Source of the DNA: Acidobacteriota bacterium
GTDB lineage: Bacteria; Acidobacteriota; UBA6911; RPQK01; CBDDCF01
Reading direction: 5' to 3'
Assembly: GCA_965225995.1 (NCBI GenBank)
Contig: CBDDCF010000030.1
Span: 36,101 to 100,100 of the forward strand
Length of the DNA stretch: 64,000 bases
Made by a program: the position numbers and the translations under genes. Each line of letters begins with the position of its first letter. Within the stretch, counting starts at the first letter, position 1. The notes under the pieces were generated by a model. It did no database searches. It worked only from the letters and a program-made list of their open reading frames with translations, and was not told the origin of the DNA. Of the stretch, positions 45,836 to 55,132 are shown piece by piece.

Positions 45836-48675
45836 ATGAAACTGTTTTATTGGATACGGGCTTTGGTGACTGGTTTGAGAGGGCGCAAACGGCAGGAAAG
45901 TAGTCTGAGCGACGAGTTGGAGAGCTTTCTCAATCTGGCAGTCGAAGACAAGTGTCGGCAAGGAATGACACCCCAGCAAGCGCGTCGCGAAGCGTTGATC
46001 GAATTGGGTGGCCTGGAGCCGACTAAAGAGCGAGTACGGGATGGCCGAGTTGGGGAGGGATTGGAACGGGTATGGCAGGACGTCCGCTTTGCCTCCCGGC
46101 TCCTTCGTGCACATCCTGGTTTCTCAGTGGCAGTGCTGTTGACCTTGGCTCTCGGGGTGGGGGCCAACAGCGCGATTTACAGCCTCGGGCAAGCGGTTCT
46201 CTTTCGCTCCGCACCCGTGGAGCGGCCCCAAGAACTGGTGGCCGTCTGGACCACATGCCGGCGCGGCGCGCCGCAGTGCGCCAGTTCCTACCCCGACTAC
46301 CTGGACTACCGAGAACGGTCTCCTACACTTCAGGATTTGGCGGCATATTCTTGGAAGGCGATCAGTTTGGCCTCGGAAGCGGGCAGTCGAGTGGTGACGG
46401 CTCAGCTGGACAGTGGAAATTACTTTTCCATGCTCGGAGTGGGCACCCTTCTGGGTCGCTCTTTGTTGGAGTCGGATGATCGGTTGGGGGGCGCGCCGGT
46501 GGCTGTCCTGGGTCACCGCTTCTGGGTCTCTCATTTCGCCTCTGATCCTCAGATCATCGGAACAGTTATTCGCCTCAATGGTGAGCCTTTCCAGGTTGTA
46601 GGGGTCACTCCAGCAGGCTTCGACGGCTTGCACCTGGGAGCCGGTCCCGACCTGCATATTCCCCTTCAAGCGCTCCCCCTGTTGAGCGTAAATGCCGAAC
46701 GGGCTCGGCAGCGATTTTCGACTCGCGGCTCGCGCTGGATTCCTCAGTTGGTTGGCCGGCGTCTGCCGGGAACGACGTTGGAAGCGGTTCGCCAAGAGAT
46801 GGCCGCCATTTCGGAGCAGTTGGCCAAGGAGGATCCCGAGTCCCGTGGACCGCGCAAGATAACTATCGAGCCTGCAGCTCAGTTCATTCTGCCGGTGTCG
46901 CGAGCCCAGGACGTGGTGGCCTTCGTTTTTCTTCTGGGAGGAGTGGTTGGGCTGACCTTGCTCCTGGCTTGCGCCAATCTCTCGAATCTCTTGCGGGCTC
47001 GAGGACTGGCGCGGCAACACGAAATGGGGATTCGGGTGGCTATCGGAGCGAGTCGAGGGCGCCTCGTGAGACAGCAGATCACCGAGACTCTGGTTCTAGC
47101 ACTGTTGGGAGGAGGCCTCGGACTCCTGGTGGCCCGACTCATGCTGGCCGGGATCGCTTCGTTTGAATTGCCGGGCGGAATCCTGATCGAATCGGTTCAT
47201 CCGGAGCTCGACTGGGGAGTCCTCCTCGCGACTTTCGGTGTCGCCTTGTTGGCAGGATTGTTGGCGGGCTTCTTACCCGCCCTCCAGGGCACCCATTTCC
47301 GACTCGCAAAAATACTGGTTCAGGGGGCCGGCCGGGTCGACTCGACTCCTGCTGGCCATCACCTGCGCAGGGCTCTGGTCGGAATTCAGTTGGCCCTCTC
47401 GTTGGTCTTGCTGGTAGGGACAGGGCTCTTCTTGAAATCGCTGCAAAACGGATTCGCGACCGATCTCGGCTTCCGGAGCGAAGGCCTGGTCACCGCTCGG
47501 GTCGATCTCTCTTTGCTCCACTACTCCGAGGCAGAGGGGCGCCGCCTGTTGGAACAACTCATCGAGCGCTTGGAGGCCTATCCTGGAGTTGAGTCGGCGG
47601 GAGTCGGAAGCCGGCTTCCACTTGGGACAGGAGGATCAGCAACATTTCTCTCTCGGGTGGAGGGCTATACTCCCGCACCCGACGAGGAGCTCCGCATCAA
47701 TATCGAGTTTTTCCGGCCAGCTTTGCGCGCACCCTCGGACTTCAGCTAGTTGCCGGTGAAGCTCTGACAGCGAATGGCGGAGTGGACCATATCTTGATCA
47801 ATCGAGTGATGGCCGAGCGGTGGTGGTCGGGGAGAAATCCGGTGGGCGGACAAGTGCAGATGGGAGAGCGGACATTCCAGGTCACGGGAGTGCTGGAAGA
47901 TGTCCACTGGAGGGCTCAACTAGAGGAGCCATCGCTGCCTTTTGTTTTCTTTCCACTGGAGACCTCACCCTCCCGAGCGGAGGATAGCCCGATGGCGGTC
48001 TTCGCCAGAACCAGTGGGGATCCAAGCGCTCTCATGACCTTTCTCCGCGAGCAGGTGCATCAGCTCGACAGAAATCTCAGTCCCACGGCGATGACTGCCA
48101 TGGACGACCGCCTGGCCCACCTTTTGATGCCGCAGAGAATGGCAGCTTTCCTGTTTACTTGCTTTGGATCCCTGGGGCTTCTGCTGGCGGCCGTCGGAGT
48201 CTACGGCATCACCAGCTTCAGCGTCGGTCGACGCTCTCGTGAAATCGGCCTTCTCATCGCGGTGGGAGCCCGGCGCTGGCAGATCCTGTGGTTGATGGCG
48301 CGGCAATTAGCCCTACCCGTCATCCTGGGACTGGGTCTGGGAATCCTCCTCACCGGGCTACTTTCGGGGGCGGCCGAGAGTTTCCTGCTGGGTCATTCTG
48401 CAATTGATGGCGGAGCGATCCTGCTCAGCTTGGGTGCCCTCCTGATTGTCGTCTTCGGTGCCTGCCTGATCCCGGCCTCCCGTGCCTCCCGACTCGATCC
48501 CTGCAGGCGCTGCGGACCGAATGATGCTTGTCGGAAAGCAGCTAGATTTCATTGCGCCTCAGACCGACGAGGCGCCCGGAGAAGCTTGGCGGAGCCCTTC
48601 GGAGTGTGCGCGGCCAGACCGCCGCCTTTCCCTCGAAAGCGGTACTTGGACTGCCCATCCGGCTTGCCGATTTGA
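45836..48675 (+). CDS. ADOP-family ABC transporter permease (duplicated FtsX/MacB-like), with a -1 frameshift at a T5 run near 47705 (ORFs 45836..47749 and 47782..48675)
   Basis: N-terminal MacB-like periplasmic domain and two FtsX 4-TM blocks. Sequence continuity (...EFF | RTLGLQLVAGEALT...) is recovered by shifting frame at gagtttttccgg. Confidence 0.7.
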
Positions 48676-49156
48676 GGGCTGAAGGCTCTGTCATGGGAGG
48701 CTGTTGCCGAACTCGGGGTGAGCTTGTGGTGGTTTTCCGGCGCAACGGGTCTTGGGAATCGAGGGATGTGAACTACCGACGGTTTCAGGCCGGATACCAA
48801 AGCGGCAGCTCAATTTCATAGAGAATCGTCTAGTTTTCGTCAGCGATTCCGCTGCAGCACCAAATCGGCTCGCCGATTTGGAGTGCGCCTAGGAGCCTGT
48901 CCGAGTATTGGGGTGCGGTTGCGAACAGGGGTCTTGTGAGTCGAGCCGCTTTGGTATCCGGCTGAGCGTCGTGATCTTGAGTAGTCCAATAGTCCGGCAA
49001 TAGATGCCATGGCTACAGCGCCAAGGTACCGGCGGCGCGAGAATGTACAAGTCCAGCTGCTGTCGGCTGCCCAACCGGCTTCATCTGTCGCTGTTAACTA
49101 TAGTGTCTATCGATATAGCTTAGTAATCCATAGTCTTGCGTTCTGGAGAGCTTTCT

Positions 49157-49537
49157 ATGAATTCGCCAAGTCGAGATCCTGGAGACCTGATTCCACTGAC
49201 TCCTCTGGTTTTCCATGTCCTGCTTTCGCTGGTTGCTCAGCAAAGCCACGGCTACGCGATTATTCAGGATGTGCGAGAGCGGTCGGGCGGCACGGTCCGG
49301 ATTGGCTCGGGAAGCCTTTACGCGGCCATCCGTCGACTCCTGCAATCGGGTTTGGTGACAGAGGTTGACGAGCGTCCCGCTCCGGAAGCCGATGATGAGC
49401 GCCGCCGCTACTATGCCATGACTCGGCTCGGTCGCCGCGTGGTTCGGGCTGAAACCCAGCGGATGGCGGAAGCGGTGCGTATGGCCGAAGGGCTGCTCCT
49501 GGCCCGCCCGCCGGCAGGGGAGACTTCCGGAGAATGA
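49157..49537 (+). CDS. PadR-family transcriptional regulator (ATG with GGAG RBS; alternative TTG at 49136)
   Basis: LTPLVFHVLLSLVAQQSHGYAIIQDV...LLQSGLV. Confidence 0.7.
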   Translation: MNSPSRDPGDLIPLTPLVFHVLLSLVAQQSHGYAIIQDVRERSGGTVRIGSGSLYAAIRRLLQSGLVTEVDERPAPEADDERRRYYAMTRLGRRVVRAETQRMAEAVRMAEGLLLARPPAGETSGE

Positions 49538-52236
49538 ACTTTCAACCGACCCACCGGAGCCGGATCGAACGGCTGCACCATCGGCTCCTTCAGATACTCT
49601 ATCCGATCCTGTTCCGGCGGGAGTTCGGGGATCAGATCGAAGCTACCTTTCGCGACCTCTGCCGCCAGGCCAAAAGAGAGGTACGCCCTGGATCCTTGCT
49701 CCATGTCTGGATAGGAGAACTCTTCTACCTGGTCACGACAGCAATCTTTGTCAGGTTTGAAGAAGTCAAACGCAGTTTCCCGGCGTCTCCGGCGCCGGAA
49801 CTGTCAGAGAGGAACAAGATGCTCGATTCCATCCTTCAAGATTTCCGTTACAGTCTCCGGTCGATCCTCCGCCAACCCTTCTTCTCCTTGCTCGTGATTG
49901 CCACGCTGGGATTGGGTGTAGGAGCCAACAGTGCCATCTTCAGCGTCGTTAGTGGGACTCTGCTGACACCTCTTCCTTATCCGGGATCGGAGCGGATCGT
50001 GACCCTTTGGGAGGATTTTTCGGCCCAGGGCGGCCCCTCCCAGGAATGGATCGAAGTGCCTAATTTCTTCGAGTGGAAAGAGCATAGCCAATCCTTTGAA
50101 ACGATGTCGGCTTTTGGTTTCAATCAGGTCAATCTGATGTTGGGTGACGAGGCCGAAACGGTTACGGGCGCAGTAGTTTCCCATGATTTCTTCCGAGGTT
50201 TTGGCGTGGAGCCGGCACTGGGTCGCGAGTTTACGTCCGAGGAAGATAGTCCCGGTGCTGAACCGGTGGCGATTCTCTCCCACCGCCTCTGGCAAGAGCG
50301 ATTGGGTGCTGATCCTGAGATTCTGGGACGTTCCATGATGATCAATGATCAGTCGGCCACCGTAATAGGGGTCCTTCCCAAGGGTTTTCAGACTCCTCTC
50401 GCCAACCAGGTAGCGGTTTGGCAACCCGTGAGAATCAGCCCTACTTCGCACGGGCGGAGCAACTTCTTCTTGCAAGGCATCGGCCGGCTGCGAGAAGGCG
50501 TGTCGCTGGAGCGGGTGCGGGTCGAGATGAACTCAATCATGCAGCGGATCGGTCAGGAGTTTCCCAAAGATGCCGGTGTCACGATGCAGGTCATTCCGCT
50601 GTTGGATCTGATCATGCAGCCGGTCAGGACTTCGCTCTGGGCGCTGATGGCTGCCGTTTTTCTGGTTCTGCTTATCGCTTGTGCCAACATTGCCAACTTG
50701 GTGCTGAGCCGGACTGTAATCCGCCAGCGGGAGATGGCGGTGAGAGCTGCGATTGGAGCTGGACGTCAGCGTCTAGTTCGTCAACTCCTGACGGAGAGCA
50801 TGCTCCTGGCCTTGTTTGGTGGAGGGCTTGGGTTGGGGTTGGGCGTGTTGGGATGTAACCTCCTGATCTCGCTGGCACCGCCCAACGTACCCAGACTGGA
50901 TGAAGTCGGTTTGAACACCAGCGTGTTGCTTTTTACGCTAGGTGTCAGTCTGCTCAGCGCTGTGATCTTCGGGCTGGCACCGGCCCTACATGGTTCGCAT
51001 TCGGACCTCAATGCGGCCCTCAATGCCGGGGGGAGGGAAGCCCGAGGGCCGACCGCCGGGAGTCGGTTGCGGTCGGCTTTGATCGTCGCCGAAGTGGCGT
51101 TAGTACTCACCCTCTTGGTGGGATCCGGCTTGCTGCTCCGCAGTTTCGCGCGCCTGCAGCGAGTGGATCCCGGCTTCCGGCCGGAGGGGCTCATCTCTAC
51201 CGGCTTGCGCTTGTCTCCCACCCGCTTTCCCAAGACTGAGAACCTCCGCGGATTCGTGCAGGACCTGGTCTCGCGAATCGAAGGCAATGTCGGGATCGAG
51301 GCGGTCAGTGGAATCTCGGTTCTCCCTCTGGGGGGAAGCGACTCGGACACCGGTTTCTCCATCGAAGGGAGACCCGCTCCGACTCGTCCCCAGGATCAAC
51401 CTGTCGTCTGGTTTCGTCGCACGCTCCCCAAGTACTTCTCTACCATGGGCATTCCTCTACTCCAAGGCAGAGACTTTCGGGACTCCGATCACGCCGATGC
51501 TCCTGGTGTAGTGATGATTAGCGAAGTGGCTGCCGAACGCTATTGGCCGGAGGAAAGTGCTCTCGGAAAAAGGGTCAGATTTGGCTCGAACGGGGCCTGG
51601 AGCACGATCGTCGGAATCGTCCCGGGAATCCGCCATCGAGCCCTGAATCAGATTCCGCGTCCCGAACTTTATTTCCCCTATGCACAACGCCCCGGACGAT
51701 TCGTCAATTTAATTGCGAAGACAGAGTTGCCTACTGCTACAGCTGCCGGGCTGATTCGAGCCGGTATCCGCGAACTGGCCAGCGGGCTCCCGATGCTGGC
51801 CGTCTCGCGCCTCGAGAACCTGGTTGAGGCCTCAATCGGACAGCAACGCTTCATCATGAAAATGACCGGTGGCTGCGCAACACTGGCAGTGGTACTGGCG
51901 GCGGTGGGCATTTACGGAGTCATTTCCTATTCGGTGAGCCAACGGACTTACGAGATTGGCTTGCGCATGGCGCTGGGTGCCCAGCGCTCGACTGTTCTAG
52001 CCATCATTTTGCGCCAAGGATTCCTGCTGACCGTGATCGGAATTGCGATCGGAATTGGGCTCTCCCTGTGGGCAACGAGGTTCATTTCATCGCTGCTCTT
52101 TAATACCAGTTCCACAGATCTTCTGACATTTCTGATGACGGCGACTCTGCTGGGCATTGTCGGCCTGGTCGCTTGTCTGGTGCCCGCCTACCGGGCCACT
52201 CGGATCGATCCCCTGAACGCGCTCCGCTGTGAATAA
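49534..52236 (+). CDS. ADOP-family ABC transporter permease (intact, 900 aa)
   Basis: Same architecture as 45836..48675. Start overlaps the PadR stop. Confidence 0.8.
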   Translation: MNFQPTHRSRIERLHHRLLQILYPILFRREFGDQIEATFRDLCRQAKREVRPGSLLHVWIGELFYLVTTAIFVRFEEVKRSFPASPAPELSERNKMLDSILQDFRYSLRSILRQPFFSLLVIATLGLGVGANSAIFSVVSGTLLTPLPYPGSERIVTLWEDFSAQGGPSQEWIEVPNFFEWKEHSQSFETMSAFGFNQVNLMLGDEAETVTGAVVSHDFFRGFGVEPALGREFTSEEDSPGAEPVAILSHRLWQERLGADPEILGRSMMINDQSATVIGVLPKGFQTPLANQVAVWQPVRISPTSHGRSNFFLQGIGRLREGVSLERVRVEMNSIMQRIGQEFPKDAGVTMQVIPLLDLIMQPVRTSLWALMAAVFLVLLIACANIANLVLSRTVIRQREMAVRAAIGAGRQRLVRQLLTESMLLALFGGGLGLGLGVLGCNLLISLAPPNVPRLDEVGLNTSVLLFTLGVSLLSAVIFGLAPALHGSHSDLNAALNAGGREARGPTAGSRLRSALIVAEVALVLTLLVGSGLLLRSFARLQRVDPGFRPEGLISTGLRLSPTRFPKTENLRGFVQDLVSRIEGNVGIEAVSGISVLPLGGSDSDTGFSIEGRPAPTRPQDQPVVWFRRTLPKYFSTMGIPLLQGRDFRDSDHADAPGVVMISEVAAERYWPEESALGKRVRFGSNGAWSTIVGIVPGIRHRALNQIPRPELYFPYAQRPGRFVNLIAKTELPTATAAGLIRAGIRELASGLPMLAVSRLENLVEASIGQQRFIMKMTGGCATLAVVLAAVGIYGVISYSVSQRTYEIGLRMALGAQRSTVLAIILRQGFLLTVIGIAIGIGLSLWATRFISSLLFNTSSTDLLTFLMTATLLGIVGLVACLVPAYRATRIDPLNALRCE

Positions 52237-52248
52237 GTAGCATTGCTT

Positions 52249-52515
52249 CTAGGATGAAACTTGATTTGTGGGACGGGTATGCCACAGGCTTTCTTGAAGT
52301 TCTCTCCCAGGATGGCATTGAAGTGGTTTCGGAGGTGTGGGAGGGGTCCTTCCCAGGCCGCGAGAGGGCCGTCAGGCCCGAATCTAAAGATTCTATTTTC
52401 AATAGAATCGCCGCCTCAGAAGGCGCCTCCCACGGTTCTGAAACACGGCTTTCCTCTGCCACATCATCCCCCCTTTGTGGCTGACAGGGAGCTCAGTTTC
52501 CAACAATTTCCACCC
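52249..52515 (+). repeat. ~265-bp structured repeat, copy 2, 13 bp downstream of the ADOP permease stop
   Basis: CTAGGATGAAACTTGATTTGTGGGACG... ~85% identical to 25270-25527. An internal hairpin carries compensatory substitutions between the copies. Confidence 0.6.
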
Positions 52516-52785
52516 TTCCTGCGAGCTTCCTCCCAGGGATTCTCGCCACTCTTCCCGAGGTCCGTGCTACGCTCCTACGGAGGAGTATGGTAGTCTCTGA
52601 AAATTCCTAACCGGTTTATTATCAACGGTGTATCAAACTAGAGTCCAGGCTGGAGGGGGATTTGATCGAGCGGCTCGACGCTCGTATTGGGGGTTTGGTT
52701 TCACGGAATTCAGGCAGGACTGCCCTGCGGGCTTTTTTTTTGCGAAGCGCCAGTTTCAGTCTCGAAAAACAGGAGAGCGGAAGCC

Positions 52786-53937
52786 ATGTCAGTCACAGTC
52801 TTGAGTCAGCTCGAAGTTGAGCGCTACAGTCGACATCTGCTTCTGCCGGAGGTAGGAGTCCAGGGCCAGTTGCGCCTGCGTAACTCGAGCGTACTTTGCA
52901 TCGGTGCCGGTGGACTCGGATCACCCTTGGCTCTGTACCTGGCAGCCGCCGGTGTAGGGCGCCTCGGAGTCGTCGACTTCGATTCCGTCGAATACAGCAA
53001 CCTGCAACGCCAAATCCTGCACTCGACGGCAGATGTGGGGCGCTCAAAGTTGGCTTCTGCTCGCGATTCGATTGAGGCCATCAATCCTGAAATCCGGGTC
53101 GAGACTTTTGAAACCAGACTCAGCTCCCAGAATGCTCTTCGACTCTTCCGCGACTTTGACTTGGTGGTGGATGGGACAGACAACTTTCCTGCTCGCTACC
53201 TGATCAACGATGCCTGTGTCCTGAGTGGCCGGCCCAATGTCTATGGCAGTATTTTCCGTTTTGAAGGACAGGCCTCGGGCTTCGCCCATGACGGCGGCCC
53301 CTGCTACCGCTGCCTCTACCCCGAGCCTCCTCCTCTCGGCTTGGTGCCTTCCTGTGCCGAGGGAGGAGTTCTCGGAATCTTGCCGGACCTGATCGGGGTG
53401 ATCCAGGCGACTGAAGCTCTGAAGCTGCTGCGCGGTCGAGGAGAGAGTCTCAGCGGACGCCTTCTCTTGATCGATGCTCTGGGCATGAAATTTCGTGAAT
53501 TGCGCGTGCGACGAGATGCCGATTGCCCGGTCTGTGGTGACCATCCAACGATTCTCGAACTGATCGACTACGAGGCTTTCTGTGGAATCGGAGTCGAGGA
53601 TGACACCAGCGCAGACGATGTTCCTGAGATCACGGCTACCCAGCTACACAGGAAGCTGCAAAGGCAACCTGAGCTTCGACTGCTCGATGTGCGCAACCCC
53701 AACGAGCTGGAAATCTGCAGCCTGGAGGGTGCTCTTACGATTCCGCTCGACCAGTTGTCCGCTCGCACCGGAGAGCTTGATCCAGAGTGGAACGTGGTTG
53801 TCTTTTGTCGGTCGGGAGTGCGCAGCCTTCGCGCCATCAAGCAGCTCCAGGAGCTTGGATACTCCCGTCTGACCAATCTCAAAGGCGGAATTCTGGCCTG
53901 GGCCGATGAGATAGATCCAGAAATGGCCAAGTATTGA
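52786..53937 (+). CDS. Molybdopterin/thiamine-synthase adenylyltransferase (MoeB/ThiF-like) with C-terminal rhodanese domain (MoeZ-type)
   Basis: GAGGLGSP nucleotide loop, CxxC pairs (CYRC ... CPVC), C-terminal rhodanese with CRSGVRS active-site loop. Confidence 0.75.
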   Translation: MSVTVLSQLEVERYSRHLLLPEVGVQGQLRLRNSSVLCIGAGGLGSPLALYLAAAGVGRLGVVDFDSVEYSNLQRQILHSTADVGRSKLASARDSIEAINPEIRVETFETRLSSQNALRLFRDFDLVVDGTDNFPARYLINDACVLSGRPNVYGSIFRFEGQASGFAHDGGPCYRCLYPEPPPLGLVPSCAEGGVLGILPDLIGVIQATEALKLLRGRGESLSGRLLLIDALGMKFRELRVRRDADCPVCGDHPTILELIDYEAFCGIGVEDDTSADDVPEITATQLHRKLQRQPELRLLDVRNPNELEICSLEGALTIPLDQLSARTGELDPEWNVVVFCRSGVRSLRAIKQLQELGYSRLTNLKGGILAWADEIDPEMAKY

Positions 53938-54417
53938 GAGGTTGTCCATGATTTCCCGCAACTGGAGAATTCGATGTGGTCCTTGGCGGGCATTGGATGA
54001 GCAATGCGGATACCTTCGGCCTGGCCGTTGGACCCTGGGCCGCGCTGCGCTCCGCGGCTCTGATAGGGTGCCCGGAAGCTCAGTTGGAGTCGATCAGCGG
54101 AGCCTGTAATTGGAACGCTGATTCTCAGAGCCCCGAGCCCGCGAGGGGTATCGGATGCCCGCTCCTTGCTCCAGAGAGACGATTTGCTAATGCTTTCCTC
54201 TCCCAAGTCCAACTCGCCCTGGGCTGATTCGGAAGGGCAAAGGCACGGGGGAGCAGCCGACAAGGCTGCAATCCAGCTGGTGAGAGTCCAGCCGTGTGAA
54301 TTACTCGTTCACACACGTATCGATGCCGCTGCTCGGGGCAGGTAACCAACCGAGATTTGCGTGGTGTAAACGGCCTGGCCGTCCTTCAAAAGAAGCGGCG
54401 GGAGCAACCTGGAGGTC

Positions 54418-54468
54418 TAGCCCGGATAATGCACGAGTTTTCGGCTGCAGGGCCGGGATCATCCGCTC
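54418..54468 (-). repeat. MITE-like element, copy C (reverse orientation)
   Basis: CTAGCCCGGATAATGCACGAGTTTTCGGCTGCAGGGCCGGGATCATCCG. The first 20 nt resemble the IS1380-like terminal repeat at 58598 (CTAGCCCGGATTATGCAAGA). Confidence 0.4.
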
Positions 54469-55132
54469 TGACTGCGTTACCCACCCTCGGGCTCCTCGAC
54501 AGAGGGCACGACTATGACTGCAGCCCGGAAATGTGCCCCCCTGGTGAAGTTGCAGAGTTGGGGATGTGTGGTGAGCCGAACGTCTCCCGTGTCACGTAAG
54601 GCCGGAGTGTCTTGGGAAGCAACGAGTAGCCGGAGGAAAGGTCATGGTCGCCAACCGGACTTGGGAAATCCGACCGTTCCGGATGAAACGGGGGGCTTGC
54701 GGAAACGTGAGCAATGGTGGAACTAGGAACCCGCCGCACAACCGAAAGGGTGCGGGTCGGAAACTCTCCACCTAAGGCTACGCGCGTCGTACTGCTATCC
54801 CAACCAGGGGTTGCCCGTCTGAGGGGAGCCCTTGCCAATATGAACTTGATGCCATGTGCTCAGTTCATAAAGTGGCGTAAACCACTGATGATTTCATAGT
54901 TCTCTCCCTTCGGACATCAGGGATCCTACCTGGCAACCCTCCAGAATACGGCAACGGAACGTGGGAGCTCTTCCAGTTTCTTTCCTGAATGAGCCGAGGG
55001 AACCTCGGAAGCACTGCTAGTACTTTGAAAGCCGGAACCCGAATGTTATAAAAACGATATAGATCGACCGCCGGTGCTTTGCTTCGAGCGCTGAACAACA
55101 GAGCTCGTCAGCGGCCCTTGGGAGTTATTACA

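Noticed and set aside
54640-54900. tmRNA, RNase P RNA or SRP RNA in the 54.6-54.9 kb GC-rich segment
   Set aside because: None of the diagnostic conserved motifs (tmRNA tag ORF and GGGG...CCA ends, RNase P GGAAAGUCCGG / AGGGUGAAA, SRP domain IV GGAA tetraloop context) could be identified by eye. Left as an unclassified possible structured region.
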